From Bacteroidota bacterium (GTDB lineage: Bacteria > Bacteroidota > Bacteroidia > Cytophagales > Cyclobacteriaceae): DNA of 48,777 nt. The notes beneath the pieces were generated by a model. It made no database searches and was not told the origin of the DNA. It saw only the letters and a program-made list of their open reading frames with translations. Positions 1-9,215 of the stretch are shown here, in pieces (position 1 is the stretch's first letter; every line of letters starts with the position of its first letter). Where the stretch lies: assembly GCA_041175425.1 (NCBI GenBank), contig JBEDEY010000277.1, forward strand, positions 1-48,777, written 5' to 3'. The position numbers and the translations under genes were made by a program.

Positions 1-477
1 GGACAACAAGCGTTTTTTGCGAAAAATATCCAGAACTACCAGTGGAAAACAAGAGTTCAGGCCTACCTCACAAAGGTGAATGATGCTTCGAAACTTGAAA
101 ATGCTCGAAAGTACTTACAGAATAAGGGATTTGACCCAAACAGTTTTGCTGCATTTGAAGCGGATTATCGGACCAATTATCCAAATGCCTATGCTACTGA
201 GTCCGGAACTTTTGAATACGAAGCCCATCCAATACTCTCAAGAGTTGATCTTTCTAAGTCCTACCAAGAGCTAGAGGTCGATGGGGTCTCCTATGTATTG
301 GTAGTAGGAAAAGTTTATCCTCCGGGGCCACGGAAATTTGAAGAGGCCCGGGGATTAGTTATCCGAGATTACCAAGCATCTCTTGACCAAGCACTTACAA
401 AAAGATTAAAAGAAAAATATCCTGTTCAAATCAACGCAGAGGTCAAAGAAAAGACTTTTGAAGCTTTGAACCATTAA
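1..477 (+). CDS. Peptidylprolyl isomerase (PpiC/SurA-like), C-terminal part; 5'-truncated by the window edge
   Basis: Frame is open from base 1 (GQQAFFAKNIQNYQWK...). The end (FEEARGLVIRDYQASLDQALTKRLKEKYPVQIN) resembles Bacteroidota PpiC-type PPIases found upstream of surA. Confidence 0.75.
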   Translation, partial: GQQAFFAKNIQNYQWKTRVQAYLTKVNDASKLENARKYLQNKGFDPNSFAAFEADYRTNYPNAYATESGTFEYEAHPILSRVDLSKSYQELEVDGVSYVLVVGKVYPPGPRKFEEARGLVIRDYQASLDQALTKRLKEKYPVQINAEVKEKTFEALNH

Positions 478-514
478 TTCCTTCCATTCGGATCTCCCGA
501 AAAAGAAACAACCT

Positions 515-1876
515 ATGAAATTGCTACACCGACTTCTTCCGAGCCTACTTGCATTTTGGATCTTGGGACAAGCTCAAGCCCAAGAAACAGCCACTGGACA
601 AGTGGTTGATAAAATCGTTGCCAAAGTAGACAACAACATTCTGCTAGAGTCTGAGGTTCAAAAGTCCTACCTAGAAGCGATCTCCCAAGCTCAACAGGGT
701 ATCGAAGCCCCTACTCGTTGCACGGTATTTGAAAGCTTGCTGATCAATAAGCTAATGGTGGCAAAAGCTGAGGTGGACTCCGTTATTGTCACGGATGCGG
801 AAGTACTTTTAGAGGCCAACAATAGATTTGCCATGGTCATGCAGCAATTTGGCGGTGATGAAGCCATGCTAGCAGAAATGTATGGCAAGACAGCTGAGCA
901 ACTCAAGGCAGAGCTGGAAGAGGTCATGAGGGAACAGCTCATCGTTCGAAAAATGAGGAAAACCATCACCGATGGCATCACCGTATCCCCTGCCGAAGTG
1001 CGTGCATTTTTCCTAAACATCCCGGCAGACTCACTTCCTTTATTTACCTCTGAAGCTACCGTAGGCCAAATCGTACGGAAGCCAGAGACAAATCCTAAAG
1101 TCAGAGAAGACATTATAGCACAACTCCTACAATTTAAGGAAGCCATCTCTAGTGGGAAATCTACCTTTGCAGAGTTAGCCAAGGCCTATTCGGAGGATCC
1201 AGGCTCTGGAGCACAAGGAGGTGATTTAGGCTTTTTTAGAAGAGGTGAACTGGCTCCAGAATACGAAGCCACCGCATTGGGCCTTCGCCAAGGGGAAATA
1301 TCAGACCCCGTTGAAACCCAATTTGGGTTTCACATGATTCAGCTCCTAGAGATTAAAGGTTCAACCTTCAATACGAGACACATTCTACGAATTCCAAAAG
1401 CCTCCGAGGAGGATATTGTAAAAGCCGAACGCTATCTAGATAGCTTAAAAAAGGAGATTTTAGCAGATAAAATTGATTTTGCTAAAGCAGCAAAAGAGTA
1501 TTCCCAAGATCGAACAACTTCGGATGCAGGAGGATTTTTTACCGATCCCGCCACTACTTCCAACAGGCTATCCTTGCGTACCCTAGAAGATCCTGTGCTC
1601 TACTTTACAATCGATACCATGAAAATTGGGGACATCACACCCCCGATTCGTTTTGAAGACCCAAGAGAAGGCACTAAGGTTCGTATCCTTTTCTACAAAG
1701 CCAGGTACCCTGCACACAAGGCAAACCTTGAAGATGACTATGAGAAATTGAAGGCAGCCACGCTACGAAGAAAAGAGGACGAAGTACTCAGCAAATGGTT
1801 TGTAACTGCCAAAGAAGATATTTTCATTGACATCGACCCCAGCTACGATCGCTGCGATGCCTTGAAAGAAAAGTAA
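515..1876 (+). CDS. surA: SurA-type periplasmic chaperone / parvulin PPIase
   Basis: Signal peptide, N-terminal VVDKIVAKVD, and rotamase motifs FAELAKAYSEDPGSGAQGGDLGF and ISDPVETQFGFHMIQL. A second rotamase domain follows (FAKAAKEYSQD). Confidence 0.88.
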   Translation: MKLLHRLLPSLLAFWILGQAQAQETATGQVVDKIVAKVDNNILLESEVQKSYLEAISQAQQGIEAPTRCTVFESLLINKLMVAKAEVDSVIVTDAEVLLEANNRFAMVMQQFGGDEAMLAEMYGKTAEQLKAELEEVMREQLIVRKMRKTITDGITVSPAEVRAFFLNIPADSLPLFTSEATVGQIVRKPETNPKVREDIIAQLLQFKEAISSGKSTFAELAKAYSEDPGSGAQGGDLGFFRRGELAPEYEATALGLRQGEISDPVETQFGFHMIQLLEIKGSTFNTRHILRIPKASEEDIVKAERYLDSLKKEILADKIDFAKAAKEYSQDRTTSDAGGFFTDPATTSNRLSLRTLEDPVLYFTIDTMKIGDITPPIRFEDPREGTKVRILFYKARYPAHKANLEDDYEKLKAATLRRKEDEVLSKWFVTAKEDIFIDIDPSYDRCDALKEK

Positions 1877-1882
1877 AAAACG

Positions 1883-1909
1883 AAAACCTCGCCAAAAGCG
1901 AGGTTTTTC
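1883..1909. terminator. Intrinsic terminator, probably bidirectional
   Basis: AAAACCTCGC-caaaa-GCGAGGTTTT between convergent surA and the ABC exporter. Confidence 0.8.
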
Positions 1910-1988
1910 TTTACAATCTAGTTTATGCAGGTGGCTCCCGCTAGATAGTAGCGCAGCAGGGATAAATTAAAGAGAATAGGAATCCAAA

Positions 1989-3788
1989 TTAGCTTAAGCC
2001 GACTTCAATAGATTCCCCGCCCTGCGTTTGCTTTTCAAAAAGCGCTGCGTACACACCCTTTTGAGCGAGTAAGGAAGCATGATCACCGCGCTCCACTATT
2101 CGTCCCTCATCCAACACAATTATCTGGTCAGCCAGCTTCGCAGAAGACACGCGATGGGAGATGATGATGGAGGTGCGATTTTCCATGATCTTTTTGAGGG
2201 AATTCAATATCGCATTCTCCGTCTTGGTGTCCACGGCCGAAAGACAGTCGTCTAAAATCAAGATCTTCGGTTCCTTGACAATGGCTCGTGCAATGGAAAC
2301 CCGCTGTTTTTGTCCTCCAGATAGCGTAATCCCCCGTTCGCCAAGCAGGGTATCGAATCCCTTGGGAAAGTCTATAATGTTTTGGTAGACATCCGCATCT
2401 TTGGCTGCCTGTGTGATTCGTTCCAAACTTGGATCATCTAGACCAAAGGCAATGTTATTTGCAATGGAATCAGAGAAAAGAAAGACATCCTGTGGAACCA
2501 CGCCAATCTGGCTGCGAAGGCTAGCCAATGCATAGTGCTGTATGGGTCGATTGTCTACAAGTATCTCCCCAGAAGTAGGGTCATACATCCGCATCAGCAA
2601 GTTGGCAAGTGTTGACTTGCCCGATCCTGTCGTCCCAATAATCCCCAAAGTCTGTCCTGCTTCAATGGAAAAGGAGACATCCCGCAAGGCTTGGATCCCA
2701 GAATCTGGATAAACAAAAGAAAGGTGACTTACCTGAAGCGCACCTTCAAGTGTGGCATTGAGGTTCTTTTCAGATACCACATCCGTTTTCTGATCCAGCA
2801 ATTCATTGATCCGTCGTTGAGACACCTCCGCACGCTGCACAATGCTGGTCACCCATCCTAGCGAAGCCACCGGCCAAGTCAAAATATTGACATAGAGGAT
2901 AAATTCGGCAATGACCCCATAGCCAATCTCCCCTTGAATGACCATCATGCCTCCTACATATACCGTGATGATGGTAGATATCCCCACCAACGCCATAATC
3001 AATGGGAAAAATAAGGCATTGACACGCGTCAATTCAATGGATTGGTGCTTGTAATCCTCACTTGCTTTGGCAAACTCATCGGCAGAATCCTGCTCTCGAA
3101 CAAAAGCCTTCAACACCCGAATCCCTGAAAAAGCTTCCTGCACAAAGGTGCTAAGCTGAGAGAGACTCTGTTGGATTTTTTCAGAACGCAGGTTAATTTG
3201 ATTATTCACATAATAGATACTCAAAGAAAGTATCGGCAAGGGCAAGAGCGAATAAAGGGTAAGCTCCAAGTTGACCGAAATCATGTACGAAATCACCAAA
3301 GGAAATAAGATCAGCAGGTTGAGCCCATACATGATGGCAGGGCCTAGGTACATGCGGACCCGACTTACATCTTCTGATATTCGAGCCATCAAATCTCCCG
3401 TGCTGTTTTTTCTATAAAAACTTAAGGGCAAAAATTGAAAATGCTCAAAAAGCTCATTTTTCATGTCGTACTCAATTTTTCTCGACATGATGATGAGCGT
3501 TTGGCGAATCAAAAACAGGAAGAAGCCTCGAAGCAGGGCCATGATTAAAATCAAAATCCCAAAAATGAAGACCGAATCTAAAAAATACTCCCGAGCCAAC
3601 TCACCTATTCCACCTTTGTCGAGGGGAGCAAAAAGCGCAAAACTCTCTACCACATAATCTATGGCAATTCGAACCAATTGAGCAGGAATAATTACGAAAA
3701 TATTGGATATCACCGTAAACAGTATTCCTAAAGACAATAATCCCTTGTATTTAATTAGGTATTTATTTATACGCCAAAGCTCCTTCAC
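1989..3788 (-). CDS. ABC exporter with fused permease and ATPase (MdlA/MsbA-like)
   Basis: N-terminal TM domain, Walker A GTTGSGKST, signature LSGGQKQR, Walker B ILILDD, H-loop ISHR; GTG start. Confidence 0.9.
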   Translation of the reverse strand: MKELWRINKYLIKYKGLLSLGILFTVISNIFVIIPAQLVRIAIDYVVESFALFAPLDKGGIGELAREYFLDSVFIFGILILIMALLRGFFLFLIRQTLIIMSRKIEYDMKNELFEHFQFLPLSFYRKNSTGDLMARISEDVSRVRMYLGPAIMYGLNLLILFPLVISYMISVNLELTLYSLLPLPILSLSIYYVNNQINLRSEKIQQSLSQLSTFVQEAFSGIRVLKAFVREQDSADEFAKASEDYKHQSIELTRVNALFFPLIMALVGISTIITVYVGGMMVIQGEIGYGVIAEFILYVNILTWPVASLGWVTSIVQRAEVSQRRINELLDQKTDVVSEKNLNATLEGALQVSHLSFVYPDSGIQALRDVSFSIEAGQTLGIIGTTGSGKSTLANLLMRMYDPTSGEILVDNRPIQHYALASLRSQIGVVPQDVFLFSDSIANNIAFGLDDPSLERITQAAKDADVYQNIIDFPKGFDTLLGERGITLSGGQKQRVSIARAIVKEPKILILDDCLSAVDTKTENAILNSLKKIMENRTSIIISHRVSSAKLADQIIVLDEGRIVERGDHASLLAQKGVYAALFEKQTQGGESIEVGLS

Positions 3789-3843
3789 AAAATAAAATCT
3801 TAGTTTTTAATGATACTATTGTATAAAATTTGGATATAGAAAA

Positions 3844-3873
3844 TTTGTAAGCTCATAAAAGTATTTAATTTTG
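3844..3873 (+). promoter_or_regulatory. Bacteroidota sigma-A-type promoter for the amino-acid dehydrogenase
   Basis: TTTG (3844-3847), 18-nt spacer, TAATTTTG (3866-3873); matches the -33/-7 consensus TTTG...TAnnTTTG. Confidence 0.65.
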
Positions 3874-3933
3874 TGCTCACACGATTTCCGAGTTTTATCC
3901 CAAATATAACACATTCTAAAAAGCTATTTTCAG

Positions 3934-5034
3934 ATGTTAGCGATTAATACCACCGAAACTGTACGTGAGGGTTCAATTTTTGGACAAATCACCACGATGG
4001 ACCATGAGCAGTTGGTCATTTGCCATGACGAAGCTACTGGCCTCAAAGCACTCATAGGAATTCACAACACGGTCTTGGGACCAGCACTAGGTGGAACCCG
4101 CATGTGGCCGTATGCTACCGAGGAGGAAGCCATCAAGGACGTGCTACGCCTATCGCGCGGCATGACCTTCAAAAACTCACTTGCAGGTTTACATTTAGGG
4201 GGTGGTAAAGCGGTAATTATTGGTGATCCACGCCTCAAATCAGAGGCATTTTTACGAAGATTCGGTCGATTTGTAGAAAGCTTGGGCGGCCGATATGTGA
4301 CTGCCGAAGACGTCAACATGAAGACTTCCGACATGGAATACATGGCCTTAGAAACTCGCCATGTGACTGGTTTGCCAAAAAGTAAAGGAGGCGCTGGTGA
4401 TCCTTCCCCCGTCACTGCCTTTGGGGTATACATGGGAATGAAAGCCGCTGCCAAAAAAGCATTTGGTTCAGACTCACTTCAAGGAAAGAAAATTGGGGTT
4501 CAAGGTGTAGGTCAGGTTGGAAAATACTTGATCAACTACCTCGTGAAGGAAGGTGCAGATATTTTGATCACGGACATTTTTGAAGACAAACTCAAGGAAG
4601 TGGCAGCAGCTACTGGAGCCACAGTGGTGGACAGCAAGGTGCTCTACGACATGCCGATGGACATCTATGCACCTTGTGCGCTTGGAGCCACCATCAACGA
4701 CCAGACCATCGACCGCTTGACTTGTAAAGTCATTGCTGGCGGTGCCAACAACCAACTAGAGGACGAAGCCAAGCACGGCAAAATCTTGATGGAAAAAGGG
4801 ATAATCTATGCCCCAGACTTCTTGATCAATGCTGGGGGAGTAATCAATGTAGGTGCAGAATATTACGGAGAGTATCAGGAAGAGACCGTTTTTGCACAAA
4901 CAGAAAAAATTTACGACACCTGCTTGTCCATCTTAAACACCTCCGAACAGCAAAACATCCCAGCACAGCAAGCAGCGATCGAAGCCGCTAAGGCAAGGAT
5001 TGAAGCGATTGGAAGACTTAAACTCCCATTTTGA
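3934..5034 (+). CDS. Glu/Leu/Phe/Val dehydrogenase (leucine dehydrogenase-like)
   Basis: LGPALGGTRM, GMTFKN, GGGKAVI, TAEDV, GVGQVG Rossmann motif, APCALG, GGANNQL, PDFLINAGG. Confidence 0.92.
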   Translation: MLAINTTETVREGSIFGQITTMDHEQLVICHDEATGLKALIGIHNTVLGPALGGTRMWPYATEEEAIKDVLRLSRGMTFKNSLAGLHLGGGKAVIIGDPRLKSEAFLRRFGRFVESLGGRYVTAEDVNMKTSDMEYMALETRHVTGLPKSKGGAGDPSPVTAFGVYMGMKAAAKKAFGSDSLQGKKIGVQGVGQVGKYLINYLVKEGADILITDIFEDKLKEVAAATGATVVDSKVLYDMPMDIYAPCALGATINDQTIDRLTCKVIAGGANNQLEDEAKHGKILMEKGIIYAPDFLINAGGVINVGAEYYGEYQEETVFAQTEKIYDTCLSILNTSEQQNIPAQQAAIEAAKARIEAIGRLKLPF

Positions 5035-5058
5035 AGGCGATTTACTTGGATTAAAATG

Positions 5059-5088
5059 ACCACTGAACCTAGATTCGGTGGTTTTTTT
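5059..5088 (+). terminator. Probable intrinsic terminator after the dehydrogenase
   Basis: ACCACTGAA-cctaga-TTCGGTGGT (one G-U pair) followed by a T tract. Confidence 0.6.
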
Positions 5089-5126
5089 GTGCCTTCCTCC
5101 ATGCGGAGAAGACGCATCTAATTGCT

Positions 5127-5134
5127 TATATTTG
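5127..5134 (+). promoter_or_regulatory. -7 promoter element for the nusB operon
   Basis: TATATTTG 18 nt upstream of the ATG at 5153; no clear -33 element. Confidence 0.5.
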
Positions 5135-5152
5135 TGGCTCTTTACATACCCT

Positions 5153-6337
5153 ATGCTCAACAGAAGAATCCTTAGAGTCAAAGCATTTCAGAACTTATAT
5201 GCTTTTGAACAGTGCAAAGGATCCAACATTAACTTAGCCAAAGACTTTATACGAGAGTCTTTTTTACCTGACCTCAACAGCATGGAGGTTCAAGATAAGG
5301 CGGCCCTTTCCCGCGAGGGAGAGGAGGCTATCCAGATTTTTGAGCAAAATGTAGAATTGGGCCAAAAATTACTTCCCGCTGAAGCAGGGGAGAAAGTGAA
5401 GAAAATTGCCTTAGAAGCACTCAAGCAAGTACGCGAAGCCAACGAAAAAGACCGACTTTTTTTGTTGAAAAACATGGTGGTTTCTGCCGAACGAATCCCA
5501 CAACTATACCTCCTAGCCATTGAGCTACTTCAGGCATTTTCCAAACATGTGGGAAAAGAAGTGGAGAAAAAACAAAAACTTGCTGGAGACACTCCCGTGG
5601 CGTTTGGCAATGAACTGAATCTGGCCAATAACCAGGTTTTAAAGCGACTTCGAGAATCCCCAGAGTATCAAGCTGCTCTCAGCCGAAATGGGGTAAGCTT
5701 GGATGAACTTGAATTGGAGATTAAAGAATGGTTCAGAGAATACATCAAGCCAGCCGAATCGTACCAACACTACTTGACCTTGGCAGCTCCTACTTTGGAG
5801 GAGGATTTTGAACTAGCAGATGAGCTTTTGAAAAAAGTCATCTTCAAAAATGAGGTCATCCTTACTTTTTTTGCTGAAAAAGACTTGAACTGGACTGAAA
5901 ACAAATCCGTCGTGCGAAGTCTAGCGGCGAAGGTGTTAAAAAACGCATCCCTACCCGATAACAGTCAAGCAGAGCCTCTTCCAGAAATTGCGATGAATTG
6001 GGAGGAAGACAAAGAATTTTTTGAAAATATTTTTAACTTCACCATCGCTAACGACGTAAGCAGTAAAGTACTTATCGCCGAAAAAACAAAAAACTGGGAC
6101 ATTGAGCGCTTGGCTTTTACAGATAAGGTCATCATCTCCATGGCACTTGCAGAAATGATTCATTTCCCAAGCATCCCAGTGAAAGTGACCATCAACGAGT
6201 ACATTGACATTTCAAAAACATACAGCACCCCGAAAAGCAAGCAATTTGTAAATGGATTGCTGGATGTTTTGGCAAAAGAACTAACCGAAAAGGGACAAAT
6301 CCGCAAGAGTGGCAGAGGCCTTTTGGACAATAAATAA
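5153..6337 (+). CDS. nusB: Transcription antitermination factor NusB, long Bacteroidota type
   Basis: Start revised to MLNRRILRVKAFQ. C-terminal NusB domain KNWDIERLA...PVKVTINEYIDISKTYSTPKSKQFVNGLLD. Confidence 0.9.
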   Translation: MLNRRILRVKAFQNLYAFEQCKGSNINLAKDFIRESFLPDLNSMEVQDKAALSREGEEAIQIFEQNVELGQKLLPAEAGEKVKKIALEALKQVREANEKDRLFLLKNMVVSAERIPQLYLLAIELLQAFSKHVGKEVEKKQKLAGDTPVAFGNELNLANNQVLKRLRESPEYQAALSRNGVSLDELELEIKEWFREYIKPAESYQHYLTLAAPTLEEDFELADELLKKVIFKNEVILTFFAEKDLNWTENKSVVRSLAAKVLKNASLPDNSQAEPLPEIAMNWEEDKEFFENIFNFTIANDVSSKVLIAEKTKNWDIERLAFTDKVIISMALAEMIHFPSIPVKVTINEYIDISKTYSTPKSKQFVNGLLDVLAKELTEKGQIRKSGRGLLDNK

Positions 6338-6344
6338 GACTACC

Positions 6345-6647
6345 ATGGGAAAAACAACGAACACATTACTCGCTTTCGCCTTGGGCGCTGGAGTGGGTGC
6401 AGCCTTAGGGATCTTATTTGCTCCCGATACTGGAGCGAATACCCGAGACAAACTTTCCTTCAAACTATCCAAATACAAAAAAGAATTGGAAGACCTCATC
6501 AATGAATTGGTGGATGGTAAAGAAATTCATTTGAATGAAGCGAAAACTGAAGGCAAACGAGTAATTTCTGAAGCAAAGAATAAGGCCGAAGACCTTCTAA
6601 ACGATGTAAATAAACTAATTGACCAAATAAATCAAGATAAAAACTAA
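6345..6647 (+). CDS. YtxH-domain protein
   Basis: FALGAGVGAALGILFAPDTGANTR followed by a coiled-coil region; start revised to the ATG at 6345. Confidence 0.85.
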   Translation: MGKTTNTLLAFALGAGVGAALGILFAPDTGANTRDKLSFKLSKYKKELEDLINELVDGKEIHLNEAKTEGKRVISEAKNKAEDLLNDVNKLIDQINQDKN

Positions 6648-6648
6648 C

Positions 6649-7188
6649 ATGAAAACAAGACTACTCAGCGCCGTCGCACTAGCCGTTGTATTGCTATCTT
6701 CTTGCTCCCAGGGCAAAGACGATCAAGCAGAAAAAATCAAAGCCTTAGAAGATAAAATCGCCGCAATGGAAGGGTCAAATGTCCCTGTTCCTGCGGATAT
6801 GGCTCAAACAACCACCACTGCTGATGCAAGTACCCTAGGGTCCTTCCAATTTAGCGAGATGGAATACGACTTTGGAACCATCAGCGAAGGAAAAGTGGTT
6901 GAAAAGATTTTCAACTTCACCAACAATGGCCAAGCTCCTTTGGTGATTTCCAACATCACCGCTTCTTGCGGATGTACTAGCCCTGATTGGACCAAAGCAC
7001 CAGTTCAGCCAGGTGAAACTGGATTCGTGAAAGTGGTATTCAACTCTGCTGCAAAGTCAGGAGCTCAATCTCCGACCGTAACAATCCAAGCAAACACCAA
7101 CCCAACGGTGACTCGTCTAAGCATGAGAGGAAGTGTAACTCCTAAGTCTGCTGGCGGTGCTACTGCAACAGGACCTTTGAAAAAATAA
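6649..7188 (+). CDS. DUF1573-domain lipoprotein
   Basis: Lipobox LLSSC; YDFGTISEG, FTNNGQAPLVISNITASCGCT, PVQPGETG. Confidence 0.85.
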   Translation: MKTRLLSAVALAVVLLSSCSQGKDDQAEKIKALEDKIAAMEGSNVPVPADMAQTTTTADASTLGSFQFSEMEYDFGTISEGKVVEKIFNFTNNGQAPLVISNITASCGCTSPDWTKAPVQPGETGFVKVVFNSAAKSGAQSPTVTIQANTNPTVTRLSMRGSVTPKSAGGATATGPLKK

Positions 7189-7191
7189 GTG

Positions 7192-7509
7192 ATGTATTCA
7201 TTCATCCTAGCTCAAGCTTCTGTAGGAAGCAGCGGTATTCTTGGCCAAGTTTTTCTATTTGGATCGATCATTTTGATCATGTACTTCTTCATGATCCGTC
7301 CACAGCAGAAAAAACAAAAGGAAACCAAGAAGTTTATCGAAGAAATAAAAAAAGGAGATGATGTGGTGACCATTGGAGGTATCCATGGAAAAGTTTACAG
7401 CGTGGAAGGCGATACCGTCCTGCTGGAACTTGACAAAGGCCTGAAGGTAAAAATCGAAAAGTCTGCCATCTCTCTTGACTTCTCGAAAAAACCAAGTCCA
7501 ACCAAATAA
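7192..7509 (+). CDS. yajC: Preprotein translocase subunit YajC
   Basis: YFFMIRPQQKKQK and GDDVVTIGGIHGKV. An alternative GTG start lies at 7189. Confidence 0.93.
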   Translation: MYSFILAQASVGSSGILGQVFLFGSIILIMYFFMIRPQQKKQKETKKFIEEIKKGDDVVTIGGIHGKVYSVEGDTVLLELDKGLKVKIEKSAISLDFSKKPSPTK

Positions 7510-7513
7510 CACC

Positions 7514-8479
7514 TTGCCTGATTCTAAAAAATCCCCTTGGAGAATATCCAAAAGAAAACTCTCCAATCTAAAAGTGGTAGTCCTCTGCGTTGCAGCGGCT
7601 ACCACTTTTTGGGTTTTAAATGCCCTCAACAAGGATAATTACAGCACCATCGTAGATTATCCCGTACAGTGGGAATACGATCAAAAGAATTACATTCCGG
7701 TAAAACCACTGCCGAAAAGCATCCAAATTCAAATCACGGGAAACGGCTGGGACCTACTCCGTAAATATTTTAATATCAGCGGAACTGCCTATCCCATCCT
7801 ACTTCAATCCCCTGCAGAGAAAAAATACCTGCTCAGTGCAGACCTAAAAAGAAGTTTGGGCGAATTTATCACCCCTACCCAACTTGAAAACGTCCTTGGG
7901 GATACCATCCATTACCAGATTGATCGAATCGTCACCAAAACGCTTCGCCCCGTTTTGGACTCCTCAAGTTACTCCTTCGACAAAAACATTGCCCTAAAAG
8001 GGAAGGTCAATTTTATTCCTGACCAACTAGAAATTACCGGACCATCTTCAGTGCTGGAGGCTTTTGAAGGAAACTATCCTGTGATATTAAACGCCTCTAA
8101 AATCAATTCCGATTTTACAGGCAAGGTCCCGCTAACGGTAGAGGAGAGCTTGGCTCAGCTAGTTCAACTGAAACAAAAGGAAATTCAAGTCAGCTTTTCA
8201 GTACTCTCCTATCTAGAGGGAAATAAAAGACTGAAAATCAAAAAAGTGAATTTCCCAAGCAATGTCAAACTTCCCAATGAAGAGCTGATTCCAGTCCTTA
8301 ACTATTTGATTGAGGAAAGCGACTTGCCCCAACTGAAGGATCTCCAATTTGAAGCCGTATTAGATTACCGAAAGCGGAATCGAACAGATAGCACGCTACA
8401 AATTGAAGTGAGTCCCAATCCAAGATTTTTAAAAGAGGTACGAATCAGCCCTCCGCAGATAAAACTGAAGTATGAGTAA
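7514..8479 (+). CDS. YbbR/CdaR-like membrane-anchored protein
   Basis: N-terminal TM (VVVLCVAAATTFWVLNAL), PDQLEITGPSS motif, and position between yajC and coaE. The TTG start at 7514 is inferred. Confidence 0.7.
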   Translation: MPDSKKSPWRISKRKLSNLKVVVLCVAAATTFWVLNALNKDNYSTIVDYPVQWEYDQKNYIPVKPLPKSIQIQITGNGWDLLRKYFNISGTAYPILLQSPAEKKYLLSADLKRSLGEFITPTQLENVLGDTIHYQIDRIVTKTLRPVLDSSSYSFDKNIALKGKVNFIPDQLEITGPSSVLEAFEGNYPVILNASKINSDFTGKVPLTVEESLAQLVQLKQKEIQVSFSVLSYLEGNKRLKIKKVNFPSNVKLPNEELIPVLNYLIEESDLPQLKDLQFEAVLDYRKRNRTDSTLQIEVSPNPRFLKEVRISPPQIKLKYE

Positions 8480-9086
8480 CAAACGCCCCCTGCTAGTAGG
8501 CATTACAGGCGGTATCGGCTCAGGGAAATCCACCGTCTGCAAACTATTCTCCCTTTTGGGGATTCCAGTATACACTGCCGATGATCGTGCCAAGTGGCTT
8601 ATGGCCCAGGATCCCGAACTTCGGAATCAAATTTCAAGCGCTTTTAGTGCTGCAGCCTATTCCTCCACAGGTGAACTCAATCGCGCCTTCCTTGCAGAAT
8701 CGGTTTTTTCCAATCCTGAAAAAATAGCCGAGTTAAATGCGCTGGTACATCCTGCGGTCAGGAAAGATTTTGAACATTGGATCGCACAACAAACTGCTCC
8801 TTACCTCATTAAAGAAGCCGCACTTCTCTTTGAAACTGGTGCAGCAAAAGAGCTCGACTATGTCATCAATGTCAGCTCCCCACTACGCATTCGCATGGCT
8901 CGGGTCCTCCTTCGAGACCCCCAACGCTCCGAGGAACAAGTCAACCAAATCATCAACCAGCAACTCCCTGATGAAGAAAAGAACGAGCTGGCAAATTTTT
9001 GCATTAAAAATACGGACAACAAACTCCTGATTCCCCAAGTATTGGAGGTACATGCCAAACTGCTTTCCTTCGCAAATCCTGCTTAA
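8472..9086 (+). CDS. coaE: Dephospho-CoA kinase
   Basis: GITGGIGSGKSTV, LNALVHPAV, EAALLFE. Confidence 0.95.
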   Translation: MSNKRPLLVGITGGIGSGKSTVCKLFSLLGIPVYTADDRAKWLMAQDPELRNQISSAFSAAAYSSTGELNRAFLAESVFSNPEKIAELNALVHPAVRKDFEHWIAQQTAPYLIKEAALLFETGAAKELDYVINVSSPLRIRMARVLLRDPQRSEEQVNQIINQQLPDEEKNELANFCIKNTDNKLLIPQVLEVHAKLLSFANPA

Positions 9087-9110
9087 CTCTTCATCGAGGA
9101 AATTCGTTCT

Positions 9111-9153
9111 TAAACCAAAAAAGCACCACTTATAGCGGTGCTTTTTTGGTTTA
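9111..9153. terminator. Bidirectional intrinsic terminator (coaE/serS)
   Basis: Perfect 17-bp inverted repeat TAAACCAAAAAAGCACC / GGTGCTTTTTTGGTTTA. Confidence 0.85.
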
Positions 9154-9155
9154 TA

Positions 9156-9202
9156 CTGTGGACCGTGGTCTACCTGTGGACCGTGGTCTATCAGCTGTAG
9201 AC
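9156..9202. repeat. Tandem 17-bp near-palindromic repeat: two copies at an 18-nt period plus a partial third
   Basis: CTGTGGACCGTGGTCTA at 9156-9172 and 9174-9190; partial CTGTAGAC at 9195-9202. Confidence 0.8.
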
Positions 9203-9215
9203 GATACTATGCCCC

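Noticed and set aside
5078-5152. Longer ORF-track starts for nusB, and similarly for ytxH, ybbR, uppS, trx, cyt b5, the barrel gene, infB and the ferredoxin
   Set aside because: The extensions run through terminators, promoter elements or neighbouring genes. The downstream starts match the expected family N-termini.
9156-9202. Possible mini-CRISPR array
   Set aside because: The repeats are 17 nt and separated by 1 nt, with no spacers and no cas genes in the window.
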